Origin: Escherichia coli
GTDB taxonomy: Bacteria; Pseudomonadota; Gammaproteobacteria; Enterobacterales; Enterobacteriaceae
Length of the DNA stretch: 64,000 nt
NCBI RefSeq assembly: GCF_016026235.1
Contig: NZ_CP065613.1
Reading direction: 5' to 3' (one strand)
Below are positions 45,070-64,000 of the stretch, one piece after another (the stretch's first letter is position 1; each line of letters starts with the position of its first letter). The notes under the pieces were generated by a model. That model was given only the letters and a program-made list of their open reading frames with translations, had not been told where the DNA came from and made no database searches. A program made the position numbers and the translations under genes.

Positions 45070-45846
45070 ATGTCTGTAGAAGATACTCAACCGCTTATCA
45101 CGCATCTGATTGAGCTGCGTAAGCGTCTGCTGAACTGCATTATCGCGGTGATCGTGATATTCCTGTGTCTGGTCTATTTCGCCAATGACATCTATCACCT
45201 GGTATCCGCGCCATTGATCAAGCAGTTGCCGCAAGGTTCAACGATGATCGCCACCGACGTGGCCTCGCCGTTCTTTACGCCGATCAAGCTGACCTTTATG
45301 GTGTCGCTGATTCTGTCAGCGCCGGTGATTCTCTATCAGGTGTGGGCATTTATCGCCCCAGCGCTGTATAAGCATGAACGTCGCCTGGTGGTGCCGTTGC
45401 TGGTTTCCAGCTCTCTGCTGTTTTATATCGGTATGGCGTTCGCCTACTTTGTGGTCTTTCCGCTGGCATTTGGCTTCCTTGCCAATACCGCGCCGGAAGG
45501 GGTGCAGGTATCTACCGACATCGCCAGCTATTTAAGCTTCGTTATGGCGTTGTTTATGGCGTTTGGTGTCTCCTTTGAAGTGCCGGTGGCAATTGTGCTG
45601 CTGTGCTGGATGGGGATTACCTCGCCAGAAGACTTACGCAAAAAACGCCCGTATGTGCTGGTTGGTGCATTCGTTGTCGGGATGTTGCTGACGCCGCCGG
45701 ATGTCTTCTCGCAAACGCTGTTGGCGATCCCGATGTACTGTCTGTTTGAAATCGGTGTCTTCTTCTCACGCTTTTACGTTGGTAAAGGGCGAAATCGGGA
45801 AGAGGAAAACGACGCTGAAGCAGAAAGCGAAAAAACTGAAGAATAA
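45070..45846 (+). CDS. tatC: Twin-arginine translocase subunit TatC
   Basis: 258 aa, 6-TM protein directly after tatB. Confidence 0.95.
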
Positions 45847-45887
45847 ATTCAACCGCCCGTCAGGGCGGTTGTCATATGGAGTACAGG

Positions 45888-47200
<1,313 letters not shown>

Positions 47201-47321
47201 TTACGCTAAGTTAATTATATTCCCCGGTTTGCGTTATACCGTCAGAGTTCACGCTAATTTAACAAATTTACAGCATCGCAAAGATGAACGCCGTATAATG
47301 GGCGCAGATTAAGAGGCTACA

Positions 47322-48815
47322 ATGGACGCCATGAAATATAACGATTTACGCGACTTCTTGACGCTGCTTGAACAGCAGGGTGAGCTAAAACGTATCACGC
47401 TCCCGGTGGATCCGCATCTGGAAATCACTGAAATTGCTGACCGCACTTTGCGTGCCGGTGGGCCTGCGCTGTTATTCGAAAACCCTAAAGGCTACTCAAT
47501 GCCGGTGCTGTGCAATCTGTTCGGTACGCCAAAGCGCGTGGCGATGGGCATGGGGCAGGAAGATGTTTCGGCGCTGCGTGAAGTTGGTAAATTATTGGCG
47601 TTTCTGAAAGAGCCGGAGCCGCCAAAAGGTTTCCGCGACCTGTTTGATAAACTGCCGCAGTTTAAGCAAGTATTGAACATGCCGACAAAGCGGCTGCGCG
47701 GTGCGCCTTGCCAACAAAAAATCGTCTCTGGCGATGACGTCGATCTCAATCGCATTCCCATTATGACCTGCTGGCCGGGAGATGCCGCGCCGCTGATTAC
47801 CTGGGGGCTGACAGTGACGCGCGGCCCACATAAAGAGCGGCAGAATCTGGGCATTTATCGCCAGCAGCTGATTGGTAAAAACAAACTGATTATGCGCTGG
47901 CTGTCGCATCGCGGCGGCGCGCTGGATTATCAGGAGTGGTGTGCGGCTCATCTGGGCGAACGTTTCCCGGTTTCTGTGGCGCTGGGTGCCGATCCCGCCA
48001 CGATTCTCGGTGCAGTCACCCCCGTTCCGGATACGCTTTCAGAGTATGCGTTTGCCGGATTGCTACGCGGCACCAAAACCGAAGTAGTAAAGTGTATTTC
48101 CAATGATCTCGAAGTGCCCGCCAGTGCGGAGATTGTGCTGGAAGGGTATATCGAACAAGGCGAAACTGCGCCGGAAGGGCCGTATGGCGACCACACCGGT
48201 TACTATAATGAAGTCGATAGTTTCCCGGTATTTACCGTGACGCATATTACCCAGCGTGAAGATGCGATTTACCATTCCACCTATACCGGGCGTCCGCCAG
48301 ATGAGCCCGCGGTGCTGGGTGTCGCACTGAACGAAGTGTTTGTGCCGATTCTGCAAAAACAGTTCCCGGAAATTGTCGATTTTTACCTGCCGCCGGAAGG
48401 CTGCTCTTATCGCCTGGCGGTAGTGACAATCAAAAAACAGTACGCCGGACACGCGAAGCGCGTCATGATGGGCGTCTGGTCGTTCTTACGCCAGTTTATG
48501 TACACTAAATTTGTGATCGTTTGCGATGATGACGTTAACGCACGCGACTGGAACGATGTGATTTGGGCGATTACCACCCGTATGGACCCGGCGCGGGATA
48601 CTGTTCTGGTAGAAAATACGCCTATTGATTATCTGGATTTTGCCTCGCCTGTCTCCGGGCTGGGTTCAAAAATGGGGCTGGATGCCACGAATAAATGGCC
48701 GGGGGAAACCCAGCGTGAATGGGGACGTCCCATCAAAAAAGATCCAGATGTTGTCGCGCATATTGACGCCATCTGGGATGAACTGGCTATTTTTAACAAC
48801 GGTAAAAGCGCCTGA
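47322..48815 (+). CDS. ubiD: 3-octaprenyl-4-hydroxybenzoate decarboxylase
   Basis: 497 aa UbiD-family decarboxylase. Confidence 0.95.
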   Translation: MDAMKYNDLRDFLTLLEQQGELKRITLPVDPHLEITEIADRTLRAGGPALLFENPKGYSMPVLCNLFGTPKRVAMGMGQEDVSALREVGKLLAFLKEPEPPKGFRDLFDKLPQFKQVLNMPTKRLRGAPCQQKIVSGDDVDLNRIPIMTCWPGDAAPLITWGLTVTRGPHKERQNLGIYRQQLIGKNKLIMRWLSHRGGALDYQEWCAAHLGERFPVSVALGADPATILGAVTPVPDTLSEYAFAGLLRGTKTEVVKCISNDLEVPASAEIVLEGYIEQGETAPEGPYGDHTGYYNEVDSFPVFTVTHITQREDAIYHSTYTGRPPDEPAVLGVALNEVFVPILQKQFPEIVDFYLPPEGCSYRLAVVTIKKQYAGHAKRVMMGVWSFLRQFMYTKFVIVCDDDVNARDWNDVIWAITTRMDPARDTVLVENTPIDYLDFASPVSGLGSKMGLDATNKWPGETQREWGRPIKKDPDVVAHIDAIWDELAIFNNGKSA

Positions 48816-48860
48816 TGCGCGTTTGTTTTGCCCTATTTATCGATCCGACAGAGAAAGCGC

Positions 48861-49562
48861 ATGACAACCTTAAGCTGTAAAGTGACCTCGGTAGAAGCTA
48901 TCACGGATACCGTATATCGTGTCCGCATCGTGCCAGACGCGGCCTTTTCTTTTCGCGCTGGTCAGTATTTGATGGTAGTGATGGATGAGCGCGACAAACG
49001 TCCGTTCTCAATGGCTTCGACGCCGGATGAAAAAGGGTTTATCGAGCTGCATATTGGCGCTTCTGAAATCAACCTTTACGCGAAAGCAGTCATGGACCGC
49101 ATCCTCAAAGATCATCAAATCGTGGTCGATATTCCCCACGGAGAAGCGTGGCTGCGCGATGATGAAGAGCGTCCGATGATTTTGATTGCGGGCGGCACCG
49201 GGTTCTCCTATGCGCGCTCGATTTTATTGACGGCGTTGGCGCGTAATCCCAATCGCGATATCACCATTTACTGGGGCGGGCGTGAAGAGCAACATCTGTA
49301 TGATCTCTGCGAGCTTGAGGCGCTTTCGCTAAAGCACCCTGGTCTGCAAGTGGTGCCGGTGGTTGAACAACCGGAAGCAGGCTGGCGTGGGCGTACTGGT
49401 ACCGTGTTAACGGCGGTATTGCAGGATCATGGTACGCTGGCAGAGCATGATATCTATATTGCCGGACGTTTTGAGATGGCGAAAATTGCCCGTGACCTGT
49501 TTTGCAGTGAGCGTAATGCGCGGGAAGATCGCCTGTTTGGCGATGCGTTTGCATTTATCTGA
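48861..49562 (+). CDS. fre: NAD(P)H-flavin reductase (233 aa from ATG 48861; ORF track over-extends to 48828)
   Basis: [23 protein letters not shown]...; ferredoxin-NADP reductase fold motifs (RPFS, GGTGFS). Confidence 0.93.
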
Positions 49563-49567
49563 GATAT

Positions 49568-49593
49568 AAAAAAACCCGCCCCTGACAGGCGGG
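49568..49593 (-). terminator. Intrinsic terminator (hairpin CCCGCC-CCTGACA-GGCGGG), U-tract on the minus strand; probably ends the fadBA transcript
   Basis: Minus-strand reading: hairpin followed by TTTTTTTAT; lies between fre stop and the REP cluster downstream of fadA. Confidence 0.5.
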
Positions 49594-49639
49594 AAGAACG
49601 GCAACTAAAACTTTATTCAGTGGCATTTAGATCTATGTC

Positions 49640-49750
49640 GCATCCGGCAATTGGTGCACGATGCCTGATGCGACGCTGGCGCGTCTTATCAGGCCTACAT
49701 TGGTGCCGGATCGGTAGACCGGATAAGGCGTTCACGCCGCATCCGGCAAG
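49640..49750. repeat. Cluster of REP elements (BIME-like)
   Basis: Several inverted REP units (GCATCCGGCA..., TGCCTGATGCGACGCTGGCGCGTCTTATCAGGCCTACA, GCCGGATCGG..., GGATAAGGCGTTCACGCCGCATCCGGCA). Confidence 0.7.
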
Positions 49751-49753
49751 TGG

Positions 49754-50926
<1,173 letters not shown>

Positions 50927-53116
50927 TTAAGCCGTTTTCAGGTCGCCAACCGGACGGGCTGGCTCAACTGGTGGATAGTACGGTTCGTTATGACGCGCTT
51001 TATTACGCAGACCTTCCGGCACTTCATACAGCGGGCCGAGGTGCTGATATTGCTGTGCCATATCGAGGTATTTCGCGCTGCCGAGGGTGTCCAGCCAGCG
51101 GAACGCGCCGCCGTGGAACGGAGGGAAGCCCAGGCCGTAGACCAGCGCCATATCCGCTTCTGCCGGAGTGGCGATAATGCCTTCTTCCAGACAACGCACC
51201 ACTTCGTTGACCATCGGGATCATCATGCGGGCGATAATCTCTTCTTCGCTGAAATCGCGCTTCTGCTGGCTCACTTCTACTAGCAGGTCGTCAACAGCGG
51301 CGTCTTCTTCTTTCTTCGGCTTACCTTTGCTGTCTTCTTTATAACGCCAGAAACCGAGGCCGTTCTTCTGACCAAAGCGGTTGGCATCAAACAGCGCGTC
51401 GATGGCATCGCGATAATCTTTCTGCATCCGCTGCGGGAAGCCTGCTGCCATCACCGCCTGAGCGTGATGCGCGGTGTCAATGCCCACGACATCCAGCAGA
51501 TATGCCGGACCCATCGGCCAGCCAAACTGTTTTTCCATCACTTTGTCGATCTTGCGGAAATCCGCGCCGTCGCGCAGCAACTGGCTGAAACCGGCGAAAT
51601 ACGGGAACAGCACGCGGTTGACGAAGAAGCCGGGGCAGTCGTTAACCACAATTGGCGTTTTGCCCATCTTGCTCGCCCAGGCGACGACTTTCGCGATGGT
51701 TTCGTCAGAGCTTTTCTCGCCGCGAATAATTTCCACCAACGGCATCCGGTGGACCGGGTTAAAGAAGTGCATCCCGCAGAAGTTTTCCGGACGTTCCAGC
51801 GCGTTGGCCAGTTCGCTGATAGGAATGGTTGAAGTGTTAGACGCCAGCACGGTATCCGGGCGTACTTTCTGCTCGGTTTCTGCCAGTACGGCTTTTTTCA
51901 CTTTCGGGTTTTCGACAACCGCTTCTACCACAACATCCACGCGGTCAAACCCGGCGTAGTCGAGCGTTGGGTGGATTGTAGAGATCACGCCAGCCAGTTT
52001 CAGACCATCGATCTTGCCGCGCTCAAGCTGCTTGTTCAGCAGTTTCGCGGCTTCGGTCATGCCGAGGGTTAACGACTTGTCGTTGATATCTTTCATGACA
52101 ACCGGCACGCCTTTCCACGCAGACTGGTAAGCGATGCCGCCGCCCATAATGCCTGCGCCCAGCACAGCGGCCTGTTTCGGGGTTTCAACGTCTTTGGTGA
52201 GTTTCTTCGCTTTGCCTTTTACATATTGATCGTTAAGGAATATGCCGACCAGTGCGCGAGCTTCGTTGGTATGCGCCAGCGGGACAAAACTTTTGTTTTC
52301 CAGGTTTAGAGCTTCTTCACGACCAAAACGGGCCGCAGCTTCAATGGTTTTTACTGCGGTGATGGGGGCCGGATAATGTTTCCCCGCCGTTTGTGCGACC
52401 ATCCCTTTAGCGATGGTGAAGCTCATGGTGGCTTCAATCTTGCTCAGTTTTAGCGGTTCCAGCTTCGGCTGACGTTTCGCTTTCCAGTCGAGGTCGCCGT
52501 TAATGGCCTGGCGTAAAATCGCCATCGCCCCTTCAATCAGTTTTTCTGCTTTGACTACGCCATCCACCAGACCGATTTTCAGCGCCTGGTCCGCGCCGAC
52601 ATCTTTACCGGCGGCAATGATTTCCAGCGCACTGTCAGCGCCCAGCATACGTGGCATACGTACAGAACCGCCAAAGCCAGGCATGATGCCCAGTTTGGTT
52701 TCCGGCAAACCGATGCGCAGCTCCGGCGTCGCCAGACGATAATCGGTCGCCAGCACGCATTCGCAGCCACCGCCCAGCGCATAGCCATTGACGGCAGCAA
52801 TGGTCGGCACCGGCAGATCTTCCAGGCGATTAAACACGCTATTGGCAAAATGCAGCCACTGGCTTAACTGTTCTTCAGGAACGAGGAACAGGGACAAAAA
52901 TTCGGTGATATCAGCACCGACGATAAAGGCTGCTTTGTTCGAACGCAGCAGCAGCCCTTTTAGATCTGATTGCTGTTCCAGCACGCCGATGGCCTCGCCG
53001 AGGCTGGCGACGGTCGCAGTGTCGAGTTTATTAACTGAACCTGGGGCATCAAATACCAGTTCGGCAATGCCATCTTCCAGCCAGTCAAGGTACAGGGTGT
53101 CGCCTTTGTAAAGCAT
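50927..53116 (-). CDS. fadB: Fatty acid oxidation complex alpha subunit (729 aa from ATG 53116; ORF track over-extends to 53242)
   Basis: [32 protein letters not shown]...; enoyl-CoA hydratase plus 3-hydroxyacyl-CoA dehydrogenase domains ([10 protein letters not shown] Rossmann motif). Confidence 0.95.
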   Translation of the reverse strand: MLYKGDTLYLDWLEDGIAELVFDAPGSVNKLDTATVASLGEAIGVLEQQSDLKGLLLRSNKAAFIVGADITEFLSLFLVPEEQLSQWLHFANSVFNRLEDLPVPTIAAVNGYALGGGCECVLATDYRLATPELRIGLPETKLGIMPGFGGSVRMPRMLGADSALEIIAAGKDVGADQALKIGLVDGVVKAEKLIEGAMAILRQAINGDLDWKAKRQPKLEPLKLSKIEATMSFTIAKGMVAQTAGKHYPAPITAVKTIEAAARFGREEALNLENKSFVPLAHTNEARALVGIFLNDQYVKGKAKKLTKDVETPKQAAVLGAGIMGGGIAYQSAWKGVPVVMKDINDKSLTLGMTEAAKLLNKQLERGKIDGLKLAGVISTIHPTLDYAGFDRVDVVVEAVVENPKVKKAVLAETEQKVRPDTVLASNTSTIPISELANALERPENFCGMHFFNPVHRMPLVEIIRGEKSSDETIAKVVAWASKMGKTPIVVNDCPGFFVNRVLFPYFAGFSQLLRDGADFRKIDKVMEKQFGWPMGPAYLLDVVGIDTAHHAQAVMAAGFPQRMQKDYRDAIDALFDANRFGQKNGLGFWRYKEDSKGKPKKEEDAAVDDLLVEVSQQKRDFSEEEIIARMMIPMVNEVVRCLEEGIIATPAEADMALVYGLGFPPFHGGAFRWLDTLGSAKYLDMAQQYQHLGPLYEVPEGLRNKARHNEPYYPPVEPARPVGDLKTA

Positions 53117-53305
53117 GTCAGTCTCCTGAATCCGCAAGGTGATCTGGTCGTACCAGATGAGTCGAAGTGTGTATTTTGTGTTAAAAATATGCAAATAAAA
53201 GATTAAAGAAATGCCGATCTGATCACGCTCGGCAGAAATCACGCTCTGGATGAACGATGTGCTAAGATGCGGAGACTTAAGGTCAAAAAAACAGAAGGGT
53301 AAAAA

Positions 53306-54637
53306 ATGGAATCACTGGCCTCGCTCTATAAAAATCATATAGCTACCTTACAAGAACGGACTCGCGATGCGCTGGCGCGCTTCAAGCTGGATGCGTTACT
53401 TATTCACTCCGGCGAGCTGTTCAATGTTTTTCTCGACGATCATCCCTATCCGTTTAAAGTGAACCCGCAATTCAAAGCGTGGGTGCCGGTAACTCAGGTG
53501 CCAAACTGCTGGTTGCTGGTGGATGGCGTGAACAAGCCGAAACTGTGGTTTTATCTGCCGGTTGATTACTGGCACAACGTCGAACCGCTGCCGACCTCCT
53601 TCTGGACTGAAGATGTGGAAGTGATCGCGCTGCCGAAAGCCGATGGCATTGGTAGCCTGCTGCCTGCTGCGCGCGGCAATATCGGTTATATCGGTCCGGT
53701 GCCAGAACGTGCGCTGCAACTGGGTATTGAGGCCAGCAACATCAACCCGAAAGGGGTGATCGACTACCTGCATTACTACCGCTCCTTCAAAACCGAGTAC
53801 GAACTGGCCTGTATGCGTGAAGCGCAGAAAATGGCGGTCAACGGTCATCGTGCGGCAGAAGAAGCGTTCCGTTCTGGCATGAGCGAGTTCGATATCAATA
53901 TTGCCTATCTGACCGCGACCGGTCATCGTGATACCGACGTACCTTACAGCAACATTGTGGCGCTCAACGAACACGCTGCGGTGCTGCATTACACCAAACT
54001 GGATCATCAGGCGCCGGAAGAGATGCGCAGCTTCCTGCTGGATGCCGGGGCCGAATATAACGGCTATGCGGCTGACCTGACCCGTACCTGGTCGGCAAAA
54101 AGCGACAACGACTACGCACAGCTGGTGAAAGACGTAAATGATGAACAACTGGCGCTGATCGCCACCATGAAAGCTGGCGTCAGCTATGTGGATTACCACA
54201 TCCAGTTCCATCAGCGCATCGCCAAATTGCTGCGTAAACATCAAATCATCACCGATATGAGTGAAGAAGCGATGGTCGAAAACGATCTCACCGGACCGTT
54301 TATGCCGCACGGTATCGGCCATCCGCTGGGCCTCCAGGTGCATGATGTCGCTGGTTTTATGCAGGATGATAGCGGTACGCATCTCGCGGCACCGGCAAAA
54401 TATCCGTACCTGCGCTGCACCCGTATTCTCCAGCCAGGCATGGTGTTAACCATCGAACCGGGTATCTACTTCATCGAATCGCTGCTGGCGCCGTGGCGTG
54501 AAGGGCAGTTCAGCAAACACTTCAACTGGCAGAAAATTGAAGCACTGAAACCGTTCGGCGGCATTCGTATCGAAGACAACGTGGTGATCCACGAAAACAA
54601 CGTGGAAAACATGACCCGGGATCTGAAACTGGCGTGA
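53306..54637 (+). CDS. pepQ: Xaa-Pro dipeptidase (prolidase)
   Basis: 443 aa M24-family metallopeptidase; divergent from fadB. Confidence 0.95.
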
Positions 54638-55251
54638 TGGAAAGCTGGTTAATTCCTGCGGCACCGGTCACGGTCGTTGAAGAGATCAAAAAAAGCCGCT
54701 TCATTACGCTGTTGGCGCATACCGATGGCGTTGAGGCGGCGAAAGCGTTTGTTGAATCGGTGCGGGCAGAACACCCCGATGCCCGCCACCATTGCGTGGC
54801 GTGGGTGGCGGGTGCGCCGGATGATTCACAACAGCTGGGGTTCTCTGACGATGGGGAGCCGGCGGGAACGGCAGGTAAACCGATGCTCGCCCAGCTAATG
54901 GGCAGCGGCGTCGGGGAAATTACCGCTGTGGTAGTGCGCTACTACGGCGGCATATTGCTTGGCACCGGTGGGTTAGTGAAAGCGTATGGCGGCGGCGTGA
55001 ATCAGGCGCTGCGCCAGCTAACGACCCAACGCAAGACGCCATTAACCGAATATACTTTGCAATGTGAATATAGTCAGTTAACCGGCATTGAAGCGTTGCT
55101 GGGGCAGTGTGACGGCAAAATTATCAACAGTGATTATCAGGCATTCGTTCTGCTGCGGGTGGCGCTTCCGGCGGCGAAAGTGGCTGAATTTTCCGCAAAG
55201 CTGGCGGATTTTAGCCGTGGTTCATTGCAATTGTTAGCGATTGAAGAATAA
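54634..55251 (+). CDS. yigZ: IMPACT-family protein
   Basis: 205 aa; 4 bp overlap with pepQ stop. Confidence 0.88.
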
Positions 55252-55289
55252 TCCCCACTTCGTTTTGCAGAACTAAGGAAGCGGCAGAG

Positions 55290-56741
55290 ATGCATTTTCG
55301 CGCCATTACCCGAATCGTTGGACTACTGGTCATCTTATTTTCAGGGACCATGATTATCCCTGGGCTGGTAGCACTCATCTACCGGGATGGAGCGGGCCGC
55401 GCTTTTACCCAGACCTTTTTTGTCGCCCTCGCCATTGGCTCTATGCTGTGGTGGCCGAACCGCAAAGAGAAGGGCGAACTGAAATCCCGTGAGGGGTTTC
55501 TGATAGTGGTGCTGTTTTGGACCGTGCTGGGTAGTGTCGGTGCGCTCCCTTTTATCTTCTCGGAAAGCCCGAACCTCACGATTACCGATGCGTTTTTTGA
55601 ATCTTTCTCTGGCCTGACCACCACCGGGGCCACTACGCTGGTGGGGCTGGATTCGCTCCCTCATGCCATCCTCTTTTATCGCCAGATGCTGCAATGGTTT
55701 GGCGGGATGGGGATCATCGTGTTAGCGGTTGCGATACTGCCTATCCTCGGCGTGGGTGGGATGCAGCTCTATCGCGCAGAAATGCCCGGCCCGCTGAAAG
55801 ATAACAAAATGCGCCCGCGAATTGCGGAAACGGCGAAAACCCTGTGGTTGATTTATGTCTTGCTGACCGTCGCCTGTGCGCTGGCGTTGTGGTTTGCCGG
55901 AATGGATGCCTTTGATGCCATCGGCCATAGCTTTGCGACTATCGCTATTGGCGGCTTCTCGACACATGATGCCAGTATCGGTTATTTCGACAGCCCGACT
56001 ATTAACACTATCATTGCTATCTTCCTGCTGATCTCCGGCTGTAACTACGGTCTGCACTTTTCACTGTTAAGTGGGCGTAGTCTGAAGGTTTATTGGCGCG
56101 ATCCGGAATTTCGCATGTTTATCGGCGTACAGTTTACGCTGGTGGTTATTTGTACACTCGTACTGTGGTTTCATAATGTCTACAGTTCGGCGCTGATGAC
56201 AATTAACCAGGCGTTTTTCCAGGTGGTATCGATGGCGACAACCGCCGGGTTTACGACTGACAGCATTGCCCGCTGGCCGCTCTTTTTGCCGGTACTGCTT
56301 TTATGTTCAGCTTTTATCGGCGGTTGCGCCGGATCAACGGGCGGTGGCCTGAAAGTGATCCGCATCCTGCTGCTGTTTAAGCAGGGGAACCGTGAGCTGA
56401 AACGACTGGTGCATCCGAACGCCGTCTATAGCATTAAGCTGGGGAATCGCGCACTGCCGGAACGTATCCTCGAAGCCGTTTGGGGATTTTTCTCCGCCTA
56501 TGCATTGGTGTTTATTGTCAGTATGCTGGCGATTATCGCCACGGGCGTGGATGATTTTTCTGCCTTTGCCTCAGTTGTTGCGACATTGAATAACCTGGGG
56601 CCAGGGCTTGGCGTGGTTGCTGATAACTTTACCAGTATGAACCCGGTGGCTAAATGGATCCTGATTGCCAACATGCTGTTTGGTCGTCTCGAGGTCTTTA
56701 CATTGCTGGTGCTCTTTACCCCGACTTTCTGGCGTGAATGA
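55290..56741 (+). CDS. trkH: Potassium uptake protein TrkH
   Basis: 483 aa polytopic membrane protein with repeated pore-loop GxG motifs (TTTGAT, GGFSTH). Confidence 0.95.
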   Translation: MHFRAITRIVGLLVILFSGTMIIPGLVALIYRDGAGRAFTQTFFVALAIGSMLWWPNRKEKGELKSREGFLIVVLFWTVLGSVGALPFIFSESPNLTITDAFFESFSGLTTTGATTLVGLDSLPHAILFYRQMLQWFGGMGIIVLAVAILPILGVGGMQLYRAEMPGPLKDNKMRPRIAETAKTLWLIYVLLTVACALALWFAGMDAFDAIGHSFATIAIGGFSTHDASIGYFDSPTINTIIAIFLLISGCNYGLHFSLLSGRSLKVYWRDPEFRMFIGVQFTLVVICTLVLWFHNVYSSALMTINQAFFQVVSMATTAGFTTDSIARWPLFLPVLLLCSAFIGGCAGSTGGGLKVIRILLLFKQGNRELKRLVHPNAVYSIKLGNRALPERILEAVWGFFSAYALVFIVSMLAIIATGVDDFSAFASVVATLNNLGPGLGVVADNFTSMNPVAKWILIANMLFGRLEVFTLLVLFTPTFWRE

Positions 56742-56752
56742 TGGAGTAATAC

Positions 56753-57298
56753 GTGAAAACATTAATTCTTTTCTCAACAAGGGACGGACAAACGCGCGAG
56801 ATTGCCTCCTACCTGGCTTCGGAACTGAAAGAACTGGGGATCCAGGCGGATGTCGCCAATGTGCACCGCATTGAAGAACCACAATGGGAAAACTATGACC
56901 GTGTGGTCATTGGTGCTTCTATTCGCTATGGTCACTACCACTCTGCGTTCCAGGAATTTGTCAAAAAACATGCGACGCGACTGAATTCGATGCCGAGCGC
57001 CTTTTATTCCGTAAACCTGGTGGCGCGCAAACCGGAGAAGCGTACTCCACAGACCAACAGCTACGCGCGGAAGTTTCTGATGAACTCGCAATGGCGTCCC
57101 GATCGCTGCGCGGTCATTGCCGGGGCGCTGCGTTACCCACGTTATCGCTGGTACGACCGTTTTATGATCAAGCTGATTATGAAGATGTCAGGCGGTGAAA
57201 CGGATACGCGCAAAGAAGTTGTCTATACCGATTGGGAGCAGGTGGCGAATTTCGCCCGAGAAATCGCCCATTTAACCGACAAACCGACGCTGAAATAA
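56753..57298 (+). CDS. hemG: Protoporphyrinogen oxidase HemG (flavodoxin-like)
   Basis: 181 aa; [25 protein letters not shown]... flavodoxin fold. Confidence 0.95.
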   Translation: MKTLILFSTRDGQTREIASYLASELKELGIQADVANVHRIEEPQWENYDRVVIGASIRYGHYHSAFQEFVKKHATRLNSMPSAFYSVNLVARKPEKRTPQTNSYARKFLMNSQWRPDRCAVIAGALRYPRYRWYDRFMIKLIMKMSGGETDTRKEVVYTDWEQVANFAREIAHLTDKPTLK

Positions 57299-57347
57299 GC
57301 ATAAAGAATAAAAAATGCGCGGTCGGAAAATTATTTTAAATTTCCTC

Positions 57348-57375
57348 TTGTCAGGCTGGAATAACTCCCTATAAT
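57348..57375 (+). promoter_or_regulatory. rrnA P1 promoter with upstream AT-rich UP element
   Basis: TTGTCA (57348-57353) - 16 bp - TATAAT (57370-57375), preceded by AAAATTATTTTAAATTTCCT; matches the classic rrn P1 layout. Confidence 0.85.
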
Positions 57376-57464
57376 GCGCCACCACTGACACGGAACAACG
57401 GCAAACACGCCGCCGGGTCAGCGGGGTTCTCCTGAGAATTCCGGCAGAGAAAGCAAAAAAATGC

Positions 57465-57492
57465 TTGACTCTGTAGCGGGAAAGGGTATTAT
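57465..57492 (+). promoter_or_regulatory. rrnA P2 promoter
   Basis: TTGACT (57465-57470) - 16 bp - TATTAT (57487-57492). Confidence 0.8.
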
Positions 57493-57529
57493 GCACACCC
57501 CGCGCCGCTGAGAAAAAGCGAAGCGGCAC

Positions 57530-57542
57530 TGCTCTTTAACAA
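57530..57542 (+). promoter_or_regulatory. boxA antitermination element in the rrn leader
   Basis: TGCTCTTTAACAA in the leader upstream of 16S. Confidence 0.8.
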
Positions 57543-57674
57543 TTTATCAGACAATCTGTGTGGGCACTCGAAGATACGGATTCTTAACGTCGCAAGACGA
57601 AAAATGAATACCAAGTCTCAAGAGTGAACACGTAATTCATTACGAAGTTTAATTCTTTGAGCATCAAACTTTTA

Positions 57675-59216
<1,542 letters not shown>

Positions 59217-59283
59217 CTTAAAGAAGCGTTCTTTGTAGTGCTCACACAGATTGTCTGATGAAAATGAGCAGTAAAACCTCTAC

Positions 59284-59360
<77 letters not shown>

Positions 59361-59402
59361 AATTTGCACGGCAAATTTGAAGAGGTTTTAACTACATGTT
59401 AT

Positions 59403-59478
59403 GGGGCTATAGCTCAGCTGGGAGAGCGCCTGCTTTGCACGCAGGAGGTCTGCGGTTCGATCCCGCATAGCTCCACCA
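59403..59478 (+). tRNA. alaT: tRNA-Ala (anticodon UGC), rrn spacer tRNA
   Basis: GGGGCTATAGCTCAGCTGGGAGAGCGCCTGCTTTGCACGCAGGAGG...AGCTCCACCA. Confidence 0.95.
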
Positions 59479-59661
59479 TCTCTGTAGTGATTAAATAAAA
59501 AATACTTCAGAGTGTACCTGCAAAGGTTCACTGCGAAGTTTTGCTCTTTAAAAATCTGGATCAAGCTGAAAATTGAAACACTGAACAACGAAAGTTGTTC
59601 GTGAGTCTCTCAAATTTTCGCAACACGATGATGAATCGAAAGAAACATCTTCGGGTTGTGA

Positions 59662-62562
<2,901 letters not shown>

Positions 62563-62654
62563 ACAACGCCGAAGATGTTTTGGCGGATGAGAGAAGATTT
62601 TCAGCCTGATACAGATTAAATCAGAACGCAGAAGCGGTCTGATAAAACAGAATT

Positions 62655-62774
62655 TGCCTGGCGGCCTTAGCGCGGTGGTCCCACCTGACCCCATGCCGAA
62701 CTCAGAAGTGAAACGCCGTAGCGCCGATGGTAGTGTGGGGTCTCCCCATGCGAGAGTAGGGAACTGCCAGGCAT
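62655..62774 (+). rRNA. rrfA: 5S ribosomal RNA
   Basis: TGCCTGGCGGCCTTAGCGCGGTGGTCCCACCTGACCCCATGCCGAACTCAG...GGAACTGCCAGGCAT; 120 nt. Confidence 0.96.
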
Positions 62775-62786
62775 CAAATTAAGCAG

Positions 62787-62814
62787 AAGGCCATCCTGAC
62801 GGATGGCCTTTTTG
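62787..62814 (+). terminator. rrnA operon terminator
   Basis: Hairpin AAGGCCATCC-TGAC-GGATGGCCTT followed by TTTTG. Confidence 0.85.
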
Positions 62815-62832
62815 CATTGGCGCAGAAAAAAA

Positions 62833-62870
62833 TGCCGGATGCGACGCTGGCGCGTCTTATTCAGCCTACT
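62833..62870. repeat. REP element
   Basis: GCCGGATGCGACGCTGGCGCGTCTTATTCAGCCTAC. Confidence 0.6.
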
Positions 62871-62875
62871 CTTGC

Positions 62876-63403
62876 TTATCCGTTCTGCTTTTGCATCCAC
62901 TCCACCACAAAATCAGCCAGCCCCTCAACATCATTAATATCCAGTAATGCGACATCAAGATTAAGCGGCACATCACTGGCTACAGCAATAACATGCCTGT
63001 CTATCACTAATTCTTCAGGTCGATGTCCGGCTCCATCGCGAAACAGCACAATCTTTGCGATCTCTTCATGCTTAAACCCTTCGACCAGAATCAAATCCAG
63101 CTTTGAGGTATCCATTCGACTTGCGAGAAACTGTAGATCCAGCTCTTCTTCGTCTGGTGTTTCCGTCATCAAGGCCCATCGTTGCTGGCTGGCAACGATG
63201 GTTTGTGCCGCGCCAGCCTTGCGCAGCTCATAGCTATCTTTGCCTGGCTTATCAACATCCATATCATGGTGCGTATGCTTAATCAGCCCTGGACGGATCC
63301 CTCTGGCGCATAATGCCGGGATCAGTTTTTTCAGCAGCGTAGTTTTTCCAGTGCCACTCCACGCGGCAAAGGCGAGTAACGGTATCATCGTTTTTCCTGC
63401 CAT
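62876..63403 (-). CDS. mobB: Molybdopterin-guanine dinucleotide biosynthesis adapter protein MobB
   Basis: 175 aa; Walker A GTGKTT near N-terminus; start overlaps mobA 3' end. Confidence 0.93.
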   Translation of the reverse strand: MAGKTMIPLLAFAAWSGTGKTTLLKKLIPALCARGIRPGLIKHTHHDMDVDKPGKDSYELRKAGAAQTIVASQQRWALMTETPDEEELDLQFLASRMDTSKLDLILVEGFKHEEIAKIVLFRDGAGHRPEELVIDRHVIAVASDVPLNLDVALLDINDVEGLADFVVEWMQKQNG

Positions 63404-63969
63404 CGGGCAAGCTCCTCTGGCGTATTCACGTTAACAAATGAATCTTTATGATCGCTGAAATCAACCGAATGGCCGCCAGCCAGACGCATAAATGCCATTA
63501 CCCGGCGTTCTCCTGCTTGCAGATATTCCAGTAATAAAGGCTCAATTGCGCGGTTTACCAGAGCAATAGTCGGGTGATCGCGTTCACCGTCGTGGACCCA
63601 CACGACAGGCGCATCTTTGCGCTGATGATTAAGCCGGGCTGCTAAATCCTCGGGAATATAAGGAGTATCGCACGGACAAAACAAAAACCACTCGCCTGCT
63701 TCCTGCTGCATTACTGAAAGCATTCCTGCCAGAGGGCCTGGGTAATCCGCCAGTGAATCTTCAATCACTTTCAGACCGCTTGCCTGATAGATTTCCTGAT
63801 GACGATTAGCATTAACCACGACGTGAGAGAGCTGCGCCATAAGCGCGTCAGCGACATGTTGCCATAATGGTTTGCCGTTTAATTCAAGCAATCCTTTATC
63901 TACGCCGCCCATTCGTCTGGCTTTACCGCCTGCCAGCACAACGCCTGTTATCGTCGTCATCAGATTCAC
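63385..63969 (-). CDS. mobA: Molybdenum cofactor guanylyltransferase MobA
   Basis: 194 aa; N-terminal [11 protein letters not shown] nucleotide-binding motif. Confidence 0.94.
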   Translation of the reverse strand: MNLMTTITGVVLAGGKARRMGGVDKGLLELNGKPLWQHVADALMAQLSHVVVNANRHQEIYQASGLKVIEDSLADYPGPLAGMLSVMQQEAGEWFLFCPCDTPYIPEDLAARLNHQRKDAPVVWVHDGERDHPTIALVNRAIEPLLLEYLQAGERRVMAFMRLAGGHSVDFSDHKDSFVNVNTPEELARWQEKR

Positions 63970-64000
63970 CGATATCGCCTCTTTTATTGTGGGATTGACC

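Overview
This window is an Escherichia coli chromosomal segment (K-12 map region around 85-87 min), largely syntenic with K-12 as I recall it. Gene order: yifK (3' part) - argX/hisR/leuT/proM tRNA operon - aslB - aslA stub - glmZ sRNA - hemYXDC (minus) - cyaA - cyaY - yifL - dapF-yigA-xerC-yigB - uvrD - yigE::IS4 - corA - AT-rich two-gene islet - yigF - yigG - rarD - yigI - pldA - recQ - rhtC - rhtB - pldB - yigL - yigM - metR - metE - decayed Hcp-ET toxin/immunity islet - ysgA - udp - rmuC - ubiE-ubiJ-ubiB - tatABCD - rfaH - ubiD - fre - fadAB (minus) - pepQ - yigZ - trkH - hemG - rrnA operon (16S-ileT-alaT-23S-5S) - mobBA. Four places depart from the K-12 layout: (1) a ~1.6 kb low-GC cassette after corA with two overlapping uncharacterised genes, bounded by a ~120 bp direct repeat of the corA 3' end, which is the best candidate for an undescribed system; (2) a ~2 kb insert between metE and ysgA carrying a T6SS Hcp with a C-terminal toxin extension, broken by an in-frame stop and a frameshift, plus a small putative immunity gene; (3) an IS4 copy inside yigE with a 12 bp target duplication; (4) loss of almost all of aslA, leaving a signal-peptide stub. 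All calls are from reading the sequence and ORF track and from memory of E. coli gene families; no database search was run, and statements about what K-12 contains are recollection.
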